Both the position numbers and the translations under genes were made by a program. 64,000 nt of DNA from contig OX597831.1 in assembly GCA_951406725.2 (NCBI GenBank), positions 13,640,001 to 13,704,000 of the forward strand, given 5' to 3'. Below, in pieces: positions 30,134 to 45,860 of the stretch. This stretch comes from Octopus vulgaris (taxonomy: Eukaryota). How positions within the stretch are numbered: the stretch's first letter is position 1; each line of letters starts with the position of its first letter. The notes under the pieces are model-generated. The model was given only the letters and a program-made list of their open reading frames with translations. It made no database searches and had not been told where the DNA came from.

Positions 30134-30210
30134 ATATATATATATACATATATATATCTATATATACATATATATATCTATATATACATATATATATCTA
30201 TATATATATG
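29780..30210 (+). repeat. Complex (TA)n-based microsatellite with higher-order duplication
   Basis: Directly visible. Confidence 0.95.
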
Positions 30211-31303
30211 CATGGGTGGGGCGTTGGTGCGTGTGCATATCTGTGTGTGTGTGCATTCTCTTTGAAGTTTATTTTACAGAAGTCAAATCGGTCACAAACA
30301 AACTGACAAGGCTCTCCGTTTGAGTCAAGAAACATCAGGGATTTGCGATTATGTGAATGACTTAATGTGCGGGTATATATATATGTGTGTGTGTATGTGT
30401 GTGTATGTGTGTGTCTATATGTGAATATATTTTCAATCATTAATGAGTGAATACATCTGTTTAGTATAGATGTGTGTGCGTGCACGCTCGTGAGCATGTG
30501 TGTGTGTAAGAGTGTGAGTTCATTTTAATATATATAAATATATACGCATGTATGCATATTTGTGTGCGTCTCTGTATGTATATGGAAGTGTGTGAGATGA
30601 CAAAAACCAGAATAACATTTCTCTGGTTCCTTCCGTCCCGAGTTCAAACTCCACCGAGGTCAGTTTTGTCTTACATCTCCACGAGGGCGATAAAATAATT
30701 TACTTGTCATGTGCGATTTAATCAACTTACCCCTGCTTCGTAAATGTTAGATTTTGCGTTTTATATTATGCTGCTTGTCATAGCATCTGTGTGTTCGAGT
30801 GCTGCGTGTTAAATTATGGGATGAAACTACAAACCATTATACATCACAGGCTGAAGGAAAGAAATTTAATGGAGTAGATTAATTGACACCATCGATGACA
30901 GTTTTATTATATTTTGTAATCGTCCTGTCAAGAACTGCAGCGGACGATATCGACTAACTCCTCCTCCAAATCAAAGAATTGATCAAAATCTTCAGCATAT
31001 TGAAATGAGTTCGAGTGTTGTGCTTTAAGCTACATTACTAAGGAAGGAAATCGAAGTCATAATAAAAGTCTTTACGACAAAATTCTATGAAGTTTTATAA
31101 ATGATTGGATGTTCGCGTCTGTATTGCAAAGATATCAACACCAATCTAAAGACAGCTACGTATTGATTACTACATCTTTGATATGAATTTAATCATTTGC
31201 CGGATTTCCCATTATATTCCATTAACTAAATATCAAAGCCTCAACAATTGTCAGTCGCATCTCATCTAAATTGCATCCAAACGTCTTAAAAATATGGCAA
31301 CAC

Positions 31304-32076
31304 TGTATCGCAAATATATCTGTTTAACTCCATCCGTTGAGTCTTGACTGTTTCTAGAAGTAACTGTCTAGCATCAAGTACACTTACCACCTCTCTACTC
31401 ATGGACACGGCACGAAGAACAGGCGAGAAAATATGTTCAGAGCATCCAGGGAGCCGCATCCGGGAAGATGGTAGTTATTAGTTAAGTCTTTTCGAAAATA
31501 TAAACTTTAGGGTCCCTTGCTCCGGATTTTCTCTACGGGTTTTCTCTCTTAGTCTTTTTTAAACGATAAAGAAATTACACCCGTAGGCAGAAGAGGCTTA
31601 TTATTATTGAGGGCATGGTTTGTGTCAAGTCAGTCCCACTCTTCCGTCCTTCAACGCAATATTGATCTGGTGCAATAACTGCCATGAATACAGGAGTTAT
31701 TAGGATTAAGGATTTGTATGGAGTTACCTTCTCTTAGATTTACAGCTAAAGAGCTGACGGTGTCATGTGCCCTGAACTCGTTGATGTATCTGTGAGTGAA
31801 TTTCTCCCAGAGGTAATTTAGAGACATCTTAATTACACCTTCGCTGAAATCCTGATAAGTGCTAGACCAAGGAACGATAGTGTTTAACACGTGGTTTCAC
31901 ACTCCACAAATCCTTGTTACCCACGAACCAGGATAATTTAGAGACATCTTAATTACCCCTTCGCTAGGATCCTGACAAGTGCTAGACCAAGGAACGATAG
32001 TGTTTAACACGTAGTTTCACACTCCACAAGTTCTTGTTACCCACGAGCCAGGGTCTTCTACCGGATGTAGTTTACA
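31304..32076. mobile_element. Solo LTR (773 bp) with an internal 120-bp tandem duplication
   Basis: TGTA...TACA termini; 4-bp TSD ACAC at 31300-31303 and 32077-32080; TAATTTAGAGAC at 31814 and 31934; TATAAA at 31499. Confidence 0.72.
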
Positions 32077-32204
32077 ACACCCAAGTTTTACGAGTATAAA
32101 TTATCTAAAAAATAGAAAATCAACACTGAGATAACTTCCATTGAACATGAATAATAAAAAGGGTGGATCTGTGCAATGGGACCTGGTTTTTGTAAGCTTA
32201 GTCT

Positions 32205-32755
32205 GCCTGCTTGCTAGAAATAGCAACCAAATATGCCTAGATTACATGCTATTTGCAAGTCTTAAATCAGACAGCCCATGCTGGATAATTTGGGTCTAGA
32301 TAAAAGTCGATGAGACGAGCGGGGCAGAAATGCGTTTGATCTTAAGGTTAGGTTTTTAGGACTGATCAGAAAGGAAAGGTGAAAAATAACAGCATCGACA
32401 GACTTTAATAAAACAATACCTTTTTTAGTAATTGCAATAGAAGAGCTTTAGATTAACAGAACTCTAAGATTATCTCTTATCTCTGATTGATTTAACTGTA
32501 ATTTTGATGAATCATGAAACTAATAGAGATTTTATATTCAAATAAGTCGGCCATAGTTGGCTCTGTTAGAAATAACAGCCAAATCTCCCCTACAGTATAA
32601 CTATACCGTATTTGAAAATTTATCACGCGTACAATATAATACAAATTACTTCAGACGGCTATAATGACTTGATGATGAAGGTGAATAGGTCTAACCCACT
32701 GCATTAGTAGTTAACTGGGCCTAAACAATAATAGTTTATATTATTATTATTATTA

Positions 32756-32813
<58 letters not shown>

Positions 32814-33000
32814 CTTTTTTGCTGCTTTTGAAGTTTAACTCACAGTCAGTTCCGATTAAGCGTACTTATGATCACAAAGTATCCCGGCCGTGACCTACCC
32901 AACTGTTTCCAGATAATGCACCTAGTGTTACATTATCGAATGTGTTGTCATGTTTTTAAGACGTTTGGATGCAGTTTGGGTGAGATGTGACTGATAATTG
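32205..33000. repeat. Cluster of an old interspersed repeat family (AGAAATAGCAGCCAAATCT-like motif)
   Basis: Copies at ~32205-32390(+), 32560-32725(+) and 32830-33000(-); related segments at ~28995-29170, 51255-51430 and 53905-54065. Confidence 0.55.
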
Positions 33001-33974
33001 TTCAGGTTCTGATATTTAGTGATGGAATATAATGGGAAATCCGGCAAAAGATTAAATTCATATCAAAGATGTGGTAACCAATACGTAGCAGTAATATCTC
33101 TAGATTGGCGTTCTATTGTTTCAATCATTTCACATTCAATATACCTTGAGAATATAGTCAAAAGGAGAGAATAGGTGTTTAGTTGATTTGATTAATAATC
33201 GATTATAAAAGAAACGTATGGAATTATTATTATTTATGTATTATATTCCTTACCAAATCAGAGAAAACCCCGGATCAATAAATCTTTCATTTATCATTCA
33301 CAAAAGGCGATCGAATGAAAAAGGAAAATATGACACTTTAAAAACATCAGAAATCACACGTACAAGTGACACCTGAAGAGACTTACGAAATGCTACGTAA
33401 AGTTGGCACCTTCAGAGAATAGCGATCGGAATTATATGAAAGAAGATGAAGGAAGGAGAGAAGAAATGCAGAAAAGCCTGAAGATAACTTTATTATTCTT
33501 CCGTTAAATACATTGATCTAGAGTTTTTCAAGTGTTCACTTCAGAAATTCAGAAATGTGCAAGTCTCAACACTTTAATGAAAGCATAAGAGCAACTTTTG
33601 ATAAGGTTGTGTAAGTCAATGCGGTTTCTATAGAAAGGGTGTTTTGTCAATTTTCTATAGCGAATATATCAATAACTAGATTTAATAAATGCCGTCTACG
33701 CCGACATTTGATAAAGAGCCAAGTGAAGTGTTGACTATTATCAAAACCAGGTTGTCTGCTTTATTAAGCATTTATCAGCCAATTATCTGTTGAATATTTC
33801 TGCTTGCGTTCTTAATATAATTTATTCCACTAAATTTAGCTGCTATTCATTTCAGCTGTGCACCAGCTTCTTATCTTGTGCTGGATGTCCCCTTCAGACT
33901 TCCTGAGAATATAATAGACAACCAGTGGCGAAATCACTCGAAAGTGCATAAGAGCAATGTGATAATAATTATAA

Positions 33975-34162
33975 TAATGGTTTCAAATTTTGGCATAAGG
34001 CTATCGACCTCAGTACTCCACTGGTATTTAATTTATCGACCCGAAAAGGATGAAAGGCAATGTCGATTCCAGCAGAATTTGAACTCAGAATGTGTAGACG
34101 GACGAAAAGCCACTAAGCATCTTGCCCGGCGTGCTAACACAGTTCTGCTGGCTCGCCTCCTT
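33975..34162 (-). mobile_element. SINE family B
   Basis: GAAAAGGATGAAAGGCAA..GAATTTGAACTCAGAA..GCTCGCC. Confidence 0.82.
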
Positions 34163-34164
34163 AT

Positions 34165-34176
34165 ATAATAATAATG

Positions 34177-34234
<58 letters not shown>

Positions 34235-34572
34235 CAACAACAACAACAATAATAATAGTAATAATAACAACAACAACAATAATAACAATAATAATAATAA
34301 TAATGATAACAATAATAATATTAATAATAACAACAACAACAACAACAATAATAATAGTAATAATAATAATAATAATAATAACAACAACAACAATAATAAT
34401 AATAGTAATAATAACAACAACAATAATAACAATAATAATAATAATAATAATAACAATAATAATATTAATAATAACAACAACAACAACAATAATAATAATA
34501 GTAATAATAACAATAATAATAATAACAATTATAATAATGATAATAATTACAACAACAACAATAATAACAATC

Positions 34573-34646
<74 letters not shown>

Positions 34647-34727
34647 TAATAATAATGAATAATAATAATAATAATAATAACAATTATAATAATGATAATA
34701 ATTACAACAACAACAATAATAACAATC

Positions 34728-34759
<32 letters not shown>

Positions 34760-35025
34760 TATAATAATGATAATAATTACAAAAACAACAACAATAATAA
34801 CAATAATAATAATAATAATAATAATGATAATAATTAGAACAACAACTACAATAATAACAATAATAATAATGATAATAATAATAATAATTATTATTATTAT
34901 TATAATTATAATAATGATAATAATTACAACAACAACAATAATAATAATTTACGTGACAAGTTATCTCAAAAGTCACTATACACTCCCTTTTCTATTTCGT
35001 TTCAGGTATCATTCGAAGAGACGTG

Positions 35026-35069
<44 letters not shown>

Positions 35070-35108
35070 TATAATAATGATAATAATTACAACAACAACA
35101 ATAATAAT
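34165..35108 (+). repeat. ~950-bp compound (AAT)n/(AAC)n array with higher-order units
   Basis: Directly visible. Confidence 0.96.
34957..35024 (+). mobile_element. 68-bp copy of the left end of the DD41D-like element at 25974
   Basis: Near-identical to 25974-26042. Confidence 0.85.
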
Positions 35109-35164
35109 AGCCCTTTCTACTAAAAGCACAAGTCCTGAAATTTTGGTTCATCGATAAAACAGTG

Positions 35165-37168
<2,004 letters not shown>

Positions 37169-37169
37169 T

Positions 37170-38140
37170 AGTGCATGCTAATTTACTTTTATCTTGAGGT
37201 TTGATGACAACAAATCTCAAACCATAAGAACGATTCTTGGAATTCTAGCAGAATATGGGATGGTACTTTTCTGCAGGTCAGCAATGCGAGTTTCAATTCC
37301 ACATTCTTCTAGTCTTTTAGGTAGCATTTTGGGTGTTGTGCCAAGTTCACCTATGGCTACAGGAATAATTGCTGTCTTGGTCTTCAACAATATCCTCAAC
37401 TCACCGGCTAGATCTCCGTATTTTTCAATTTTTATCAATTTCTTTGGTATCGAATCTGCTAAAATTTATGATCTTGCTTTTTTTTTTGTCCTCTATAATC
37501 AAATCTGCACTTCTTGCTTCAGTAATACGGTCAGCCTTTATGGGGAAGTCCCACAAGATCTATTACAGCCTCTGGTTGGTGTTCACGCTACTTTTCTTAT
37601 GCTTTGAAGCCCACATATTCAACTAACATCTCAATGCACTCTTTTGCTTACGTATGGCCTTATAGTCTCTTTGTGCTGCACTCAAAATGAGATTGATACT
37701 TTCGTCTCCTTTCCTCCAGATTCTGGGTTTGCTGTCTGACTGAGTTTTGTCGATGTCTGCCTTTCTCAGATTTGTTCGAAGCGCTAGTTCCTGAGCGGTT
37801 ATAATTAACGTTTCTGTTTCTCGTTTCATATCCACATTCATCAACCAAAGCCATCGGGTTTCACGTCCAACATTTTCGGTTTGTTTCATTAATTGGCCAT
37901 GAAAAACCACTTGATCATTCTCGTGTTCTTTTTTTCTTTGAATTCTCCCACTGTTTCAATCATTTTGGGGTATCCTTGGCTGCTGAAAGTATTCTTTCTT
38001 TACTTTGTACAGCATAATTTTTCAGACCCGGTTTCATTGTACTTACAAAATCTTTGCGTATTTTATTGGTTTTCCACAGAGGAAGGGGCTGTGTTTTTGA
38101 CGTTCTCAGGCACTCCTAGACAGGCAAGATATGTGCGTTA
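37170..38140 (-). mobile_element. R4/Dong-like LINE 3' fragment, different subfamily
   Basis: FHGQ..WLWL..KRETETLIITAQELALRTN; KIEKYGDL..IPVAIGELG..LQKS; (TAA)n tail on the sense strand. Confidence 0.88.
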
Positions 38141-38711
38141 AGTGTTCTTCCTGAACAACTACAAACCAATGACTTACGACTTCAATAAAAAACATAGTTT
38201 GTGAGTTCCAGTTTTGCATTGAAACTTTATTTACCGACCCTGAATGTTTGCAAGGTAAAATTGACGTCAGCAGTATTCGAACTCAGTTCTCAGAGTTCCC
38301 GAACCGATACTACAAAGTATTATATTTGGCAATTCTTCAACAAGTTCACCATTTTAGAAACAATTATGGCGTTTAACTAATTATACTGCTTCATAACTTT
38401 ATAATTATTTCATTTCTAGTTAACTTTTTAACGTTCCTTGTAATAAATATTTTAAGACTACACTTTAATTGACGTCTTGTTTGCATGTAGATGACATGTC
38501 CGTGATCACCGGGCTATGGATAATGTTTAGTTCATTAGCTTAATCAAATAGAGAAATGCATGCTTAATTGATGTTTACGTAATTAGTTTTTCACTATACT
38601 AGTCCTAATTTCGAATCTTCGCGTGGGTTAAATTATTTTTCTTTTTCCTGTATAGGAGTGTTAGAAAATCTCTCAGTAACATAACTTCACTGATGTCATT
38701 ATTATTATTGC

Positions 38712-38771
<60 letters not shown>

Positions 38772-38802
38772 CATCATTATTATTATTATTATTATCATCA
38801 TC

Positions 38803-38834
<32 letters not shown>

Positions 38835-38835
<1 letters not shown>

Positions 38836-39336
38836 GAGTGAGAGAGCAGTTCATGCCATCAAAGTGACACTGGGGTAAAATATACGAAGCCCAATATACC
38901 CATCATGACTACCCGTCTGATAAGGGTACACCAGGCACATGTATCACAACCAAATGTGCGCGACATAGTGATCTCATATCAAGATAAACAGCACATGACC
39001 TTGCAGGTGGGGCCCAGTTAGAATTTTCTTCTGGTTGAGTAGCCCATCCCGCTCAAAAGGTCCCTGAATAAGGGTTGTTTAAGGATGTTGAAAAAACCAC
39101 CCATGTTTCCAGAGGTGAATTATTCAAACCCCAAAGAATCCCTCTCAACACATGGCTATGATGCTCCCCCACTACTTCTGCTCGTGATCAGAGATGCACA
39201 TATCGTCAGCCACTAAGGGACATGCTCAACTGGTTAAGGTCAAACAACTGACAAGCAAATCTATGGTATTGAGCAGAATATTTGCTGTAGCCCATCTTTT
39301 ATACCAAGACAAAAACAATGTACATGATAACACTTC

Positions 39337-39337
<1 letters not shown>
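38835..39337 (-). mobile_element. Non-coding ~500-bp element embedded in (TAA)n, probably a LINE 3'UTR or non-autonomous retroelement
   Basis: Higher-GC block with sharp edges, flanked by (ATT)n on both sides; no credible ORF; strand inferred from the (TAA)n tail. Confidence 0.55.
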
Positions 39338-39387
<50 letters not shown>

Positions 39388-39403
39388 GATTATTATTATT
39401 AAG

Positions 39404-39466
<63 letters not shown>

Positions 39467-39468
<2 letters not shown>

Positions 39469-39690
39469 GGCAGCGAGCTGGCTGAATACTTAGCACGCCG
39501 GGCAAAATGCTTAGCGACATTTCTTCCGTTTTTTCCTCTGAGGTCACATTCCACCGTGGTTGACTTTCATGTCGTCCTATCGGGGTTCGATAAAATAAGT
39601 ACCAATGGAACACTGGGGTCGCTTTAATCGACTAGCCCCATTCCCGAAATTGGAAATTGTCAGGGCTTGTGCCTATAGTAGAAAGGATTA
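39467..39690 (+). mobile_element. SINE family B
   Basis: AAGGCAGCGAGCTGGC head; GATAAAATAAGTACCA; (ATT) tail. Confidence 0.8.
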
Positions 39691-39847
39691 TTATTATTAT
39701 TACAGGAAAACAGGTTTACTACTACTACTTGTTACTACTTGTCACTACTACTACTACTACTTGTTACTACTTGTTACTACTACTACTACTACTACTGCTA
39801 CTAGTACTACTACTACTACTACCACTACTACTACTATACTACTAGTG

Positions 39848-39882
<35 letters not shown>

Positions 39883-39919
39883 GCTGCTGAAGATGATGAT
39901 GATGTTGCTGCTGCTATAT

Positions 39920-39999
<80 letters not shown>

Positions 40000-41042
40000 T
40001 AACATCTTATGTGAAAGTGAGGGACTATAAAACATCGAAGTGATGCTTGTAAACACCGTTATCACCAACAACTTCATATTTGAAATCGATTTTCTTAAAC
40101 TAAACCGTTCAGCTCTATTTTTGTCTAATGCTAACCATTTTTTTTTAACAACCCTGAATGACGAAAATGCTGTTATGGTTTCAATATTTTAGCATTTTCC
40201 GTCTTTATTTATTCTATTAGCAAGTGTTAGATTCTTCAGAAAAAAAGCTTCTAACGATTTTTGCTCTGCGCTAATTATGTAATAACAACAACAACAACAA
40301 CAACAATGATAATGATAATAATAATAATAATAATAATAAAAATAATAATAACGATAACAACAAGAAAAGAAAACAAAAATGAAGATCTCAATAAACAAAT
40401 CACTCTCTCTCCCTCTCTCTCTCTCCCTCTCTCTCCCTCTCTCTCTCCCTCTCTCTCCCTCTCTCTCTATCTCCCTCTCTCTCTCTCTCTCTGAAAATTT
40501 TCACACCTACTTTCCCTTGTTTATTCAATGTTGTCACGAAGTTCATGACACACCATTTTTTTTCCTTCTTTTTTCCTTTCCCAACGATTCCAGAATTTCT
40601 CTGAATTTATACGTCGCTATTGTTAGTTGGTCTATTGTTGTAAAGCGTCAAGAGAATGTAGCCCAAGTGTTGAAAACGGAGAGGGATTTAATAGGAAGGA
40701 ACTGAAAGGAAAAGCATTCCTTAACGGCATTGAAAGTGGAGGAAGGTTACAATAGGAAAATATGCTTCGTTCTATTTAAACAAAAAAAAATTGGAATATT
40801 CCTGGGAAAATATTATTGCTATTTATATAAGCTCTGAATAGCAGATTGCGTAATGTATCAATAACATTTTTGATTTCAAATAATACCAAGGTCATATATT
40901 GTGTTCGGAGATAAAAAGCGAGTTAACGGTTCTTACGGTTATTTCACCGCTTCTTTCCTGTGTATACTTCGAAGCTATAAAAGGTAAAAACCTCCTTTCT
41001 AAAATACAGGAGTGGCAAAATAATAATAATAATAATAATAAT

Positions 41043-41140
41043 TGCTTTTCATGTCGGCACAACGAGACAGAAAAATACCGTTGGGCATTATGTCCGACAA
41101 GCTGAGGATTTTACCAGCTCACGACGCTCAAAACAACAAC

Positions 41141-41213
<73 letters not shown>

Positions 41214-41231
41214 GTAATAATAATAATAATA

Positions 41232-41308
<77 letters not shown>

Positions 41309-41406
41309 TGCTTTTCATGTCGGCACAACGAGACAGAAAAATACCGTTGGGCATTATGTCCGACAAGCTGAGGATTTTACCAGCTCACGACGCTCAAAAC
41401 AACAAC
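41043..41406. repeat. Identical duplication of a ~98-bp SINE B remnant separated by (AAT)n (period 266)
   Basis: 41043-41140 equals 41309-41406. Confidence 0.92.
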
Positions 41407-41509
<103 letters not shown>

Positions 41510-41554
41510 GTAATAATAATAATAATAATAATAATAGTAATAATAATAATAATA

Positions 41555-42010
<456 letters not shown>

Positions 42011-42241
42011 AAAGATCGTGTCAGTGCAATGAAATAAGTGATATTCCGCCTGTTAAGAAAAATACCAATATTATCATTATGTAAAGATTGCAATTTATGT
42101 TAGAAATTCAGATCGATTACATTTATCAATATTTCTTTATCGATATCACTTCATTCTAAATGACTGTTTTAGACATTTCCCAAAACTAGTCTGACCTTCT
42201 TCATGTATCGCATTAAATATGTAATTATATGTGTGTATATG

Positions 42242-42274
<33 letters not shown>

Positions 42275-42434
42275 ATATTTACACAGAGGCACACACACAC
42301 GCACATACACATATACATATATATACATGTGTGTGTGTGTGGATATTTGTTTATATAAAATATTTAAATTGAATTGAATTTATAATTATTCAATTTATTG
42401 TATTTTTTCCATTTCTGATTTATCTATCTATCTG

Positions 42435-42515
<81 letters not shown>

Positions 42516-42638
42516 ATGTATATATATATATATATATATAGATAGATATAGATATATAGATATATATATGTGTGTGTGTGTATGTATATAAATGCATATA
42601 TATATACATACATGTATATATATATATAAAATATATGC

Positions 42639-42672
<34 letters not shown>

Positions 42673-43969
42673 ATTATATATATATACAAACATATACATA
42701 TACATACACACATATATATACACACACACACTCACACACACATATATAGATACATATAAGATTAATATAAACAGCAACTTGCAATGTTTCACTAAAAAAG
42801 AGAATTATATTCCTTCTTTCTCCTCCTCCATCTTTCGTCTCTCTCCCGTCACATTCTCCAACACCTTTCGCTCTCTTCCTTCCAGCTACATCATCTCCTC
42901 TCATCTCTTCTATTTCTTCTCTGCATCTTACTTTCCTCTTTCCTCTTTTATTCACACATCTTCCTTCTTTCTTCCTTTTCGTGCTCTCTCTCCTCTATTC
43001 ATCTCTCTCTTTCTATTTATGTCTGTCTGTCCCCCTCTCTTTCTCTCTGTCTTTCTATCTCCCGCTCTCCGATGTTCCGCTCTACTCCTTCTCCACCTAC
43101 CTCTGTCTCGCTTTCAGCACTTTCTCTTCATTTTATCACCGTTAATAAGCCCATCAATTAGTCGCTGCGTGGTTTAAAGCCGATTAAATATATTGACAGT
43201 CAAAAGGCATAAGCCAAAAAAAAATCCTTTTATTATATAAAATTTAACTCTCTACAGCTAATGTATAGGTTGCAGTAAAAACCAATGACTTGTAGTATGG
43301 TATAGTACATTGTGATGTAGTGCACGCTGTAAAGGCACGTAGCTTTGCGGTTAAGGTATTCGGCTCTCATCATCATTGTTCGACCGTGGTCGAGACAATG
43401 GAATTTACCTCGCTACGCCAGACTTCACGGTCCATCATGGCATTACGTTTCATGCTACATCAATTTATTAAACATTGTAAGTATTACATCAGTTTTAAAA
43501 TGTTGAGCAATCTTCAGCCATTGCTCAACATTTTAAAACTGATGTAATACTTAAAATGTTTAATAAAATGATGTAGCATGAAACGATCGTACCAAATTAC
43601 CGAAGATATTCTTGTTGCTTACTTTGATTATTATATACAGTTATATGTGTGTGAGTGCTGCTGCGCTATAAACATTTGGTTGAAATTTGTTCAGGATAAC
43701 AAATATGTTTTGCAAGTGTTTTCCAATTTTTTCACTTCTATAAAACACGAAAATACTTTTAATATTGCAATGTGCATTATTGTAAAATTGTAAAACTACG
43801 ACAAGTAAACTATGTTCGAATGTGAGTAATATATTTATTTCTGATCGATTTTACAAACGTTGAATTATACATACATATACATCTTTATAAGCATGCACAC
43901 ATGCCTGACTGCCTGCCTGCCTACCTACCTACATACATACATATATACATTCACATATATATGTATATC

Positions 43970-44032
<63 letters not shown>

Positions 44033-44036
44033 CATA

Positions 44037-44086
<50 letters not shown>

Positions 44087-44089
44087 GAT

Positions 44090-44146
<57 letters not shown>

Positions 44147-44156
<10 letters not shown>

Positions 44157-44272
44157 GAAGGAGCTTCTACAGGACTAGTACTGTTTCATTCAAGAGAAAT
44201 CTTCAGGAAGCTTCCTGAAGATTTCTCTTGAATGAAACAGTACTAGTCCTGTAGAACTCCTTCTATATAATA
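44147..44272. ncRNA. Palindrome encoding a type I hammerhead ribozyme on both strands (inverted PLE-type pLTR end)
   Basis: Minus strand: AGCTTC-CTGAAGA-TTTCTCTTGAAT-GAAACAG-TACTAGTC-CTGTA-GAAGCT; plus-strand copy differs by a 1-nt deletion in helix I; symmetry centre 44210/44211. Confidence 0.78.
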
Positions 44273-44341
44273 AATTAATTTTACTCTGCTATGTATTGAG
44301 TACCTTACTTACTGTGGTTAACCCCGAATCAACCCGGGACC

Positions 44342-44388
<47 letters not shown>

Positions 44389-44564
44389 ATCATGAGGCCG
44401 CTCGAATACGTCTACCTCCTAGAGATAAGAGAGTTCAAATCCTCGTTATATTACCTTCGATAATAACAGTGATATTAATATCTATATAAGTATTCAATCC
44501 TGAATATTTGTTCCTGATCAAAGATATGTGTGTGTTTTGAGGTATGTATATATATATATCTATA

Positions 44565-45121
44565 TCTATATATATATATATATAAAAATAAAATCCGTTG
44601 TCTGTCTGTCTGTCTGTCTTCTATGAACTCGGGCATCCTCCATCTGATTGCGCTCACATTTGCTATGTAGATACCGACGGTATCAGGGCGTGTATAAGTC
44701 TTGAGAAAATTACAAAAATCTATTTCAGGTGAGAATGTGATCGATAAAGCCGTGGGAACGTGCATTTGTACGCGCAAGTACATCAGATGTTGCGATCGAT
44801 ACTGCACGTACGCGAGAATAAGGCACGTGCAGTATGCGCAAAAAAGCCGGCTGGCTTGAAATAATGCCACAAACTGCAGTATATTTAAGAGACCCAAAAA
44901 GTAAGATGCAAAAGAGATATTTTCTTCAAACTTGGCATGAAGGAAGGAAACACTATTTGGGTTCTCAAGAAGTTTTTTTTTTTTGCCTTAACTTACTAAA
45001 TCAGTGTTTCTCAAACAGGAGGCCTATGGGACGGTCAGACAAGTTATTTTGAGAAAATTTTGTTTAAACGTTTGACAATTCAGCACCGTCCATTAAACGG
45101 GGGGGGGGGGCGTTTTGCTCG
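44565..45121 (+). mobile_element. Non-autonomous Helitron-like element, family 2 (long form)
   Basis: TC-(TA)n start, (TCTG)n tract, decayed 3' hairpin CCGTCCATTAAACGG, ends CTCG|T; homologous to 18305-18677. Confidence 0.7.
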
Positions 45122-45554
45122 TATATATATATATATATATAATGTGTGTGTTTGTATGTTTGTTTATGTGTGTGTGTGTATGTGTGCGTGTGCTTATCTC
45201 TGTCCCCAACACCGCTAGACAACCCCAACCGTTGGTGTCTGGTTTACGTTCTCGTATCTTAGCAGTTCGGCCTGTGAGCCCGATAGAAGTTCTAGGTACA
45301 ATCTCTCCGGCTAAAACCTTCGAAGGGGTTCCTCAACAAAGTCGCAGTTCGACAGTTGAAGCAAATAGAGATAGTTGAATGTATATATATGTTCGCATAC
45401 ATCCACTCGCACCATATATATGTGTGTGTGTCGAAGCAATTGTTCTGATTTTTAATTATAGAATGTTATTCCATGTATTTTCTATCAAACTATTGGTATC
45501 TATCCCCCTCTCTCTCTCTCTCTCTCTCTCTTTACATATATATATATATATATA

Positions 45555-45815
45555 TCTTTATATATAAAAGTGAAGTTGTGTGTCTGTCTACTCCGATTTA
45601 GATTCCTAACTACTCCCACATTTTGCGGTGCAGTTTAACCAAAACCGGGTATCTTATAGTCGTGATTCATATCGAGCGCTTCTGGGTATTAGCGCGCGTC
45701 TACGATGCATTATTAATGCATTTTTGCTCAGTTTATATAAGGGAAGTAACTCTCTAAAAATACTTATATAGTTATTTCCCTTACAAACCCGAGCAACGCC
45801 GGGCGATACTGCTAG
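45555..45815 (+). mobile_element. Non-autonomous Helitron with a family 1 3' end (261 bp)
   Basis: A|TC...CCCGAGCAACGCCGGG..CTAG|T within (TA)n. Confidence 0.88.
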
Positions 45816-45826
45816 TATATATATAT

Positions 45827-45854
<28 letters not shown>

Positions 45855-45860
<6 letters not shown>

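Noticed and set aside
33366-33410. CTGAAGA-GACTTAC-GAAA-TGCTAC-GTA hammerhead-like spacing
   Set aside because: Helix II is only 1 bp and helix I does not pair in register
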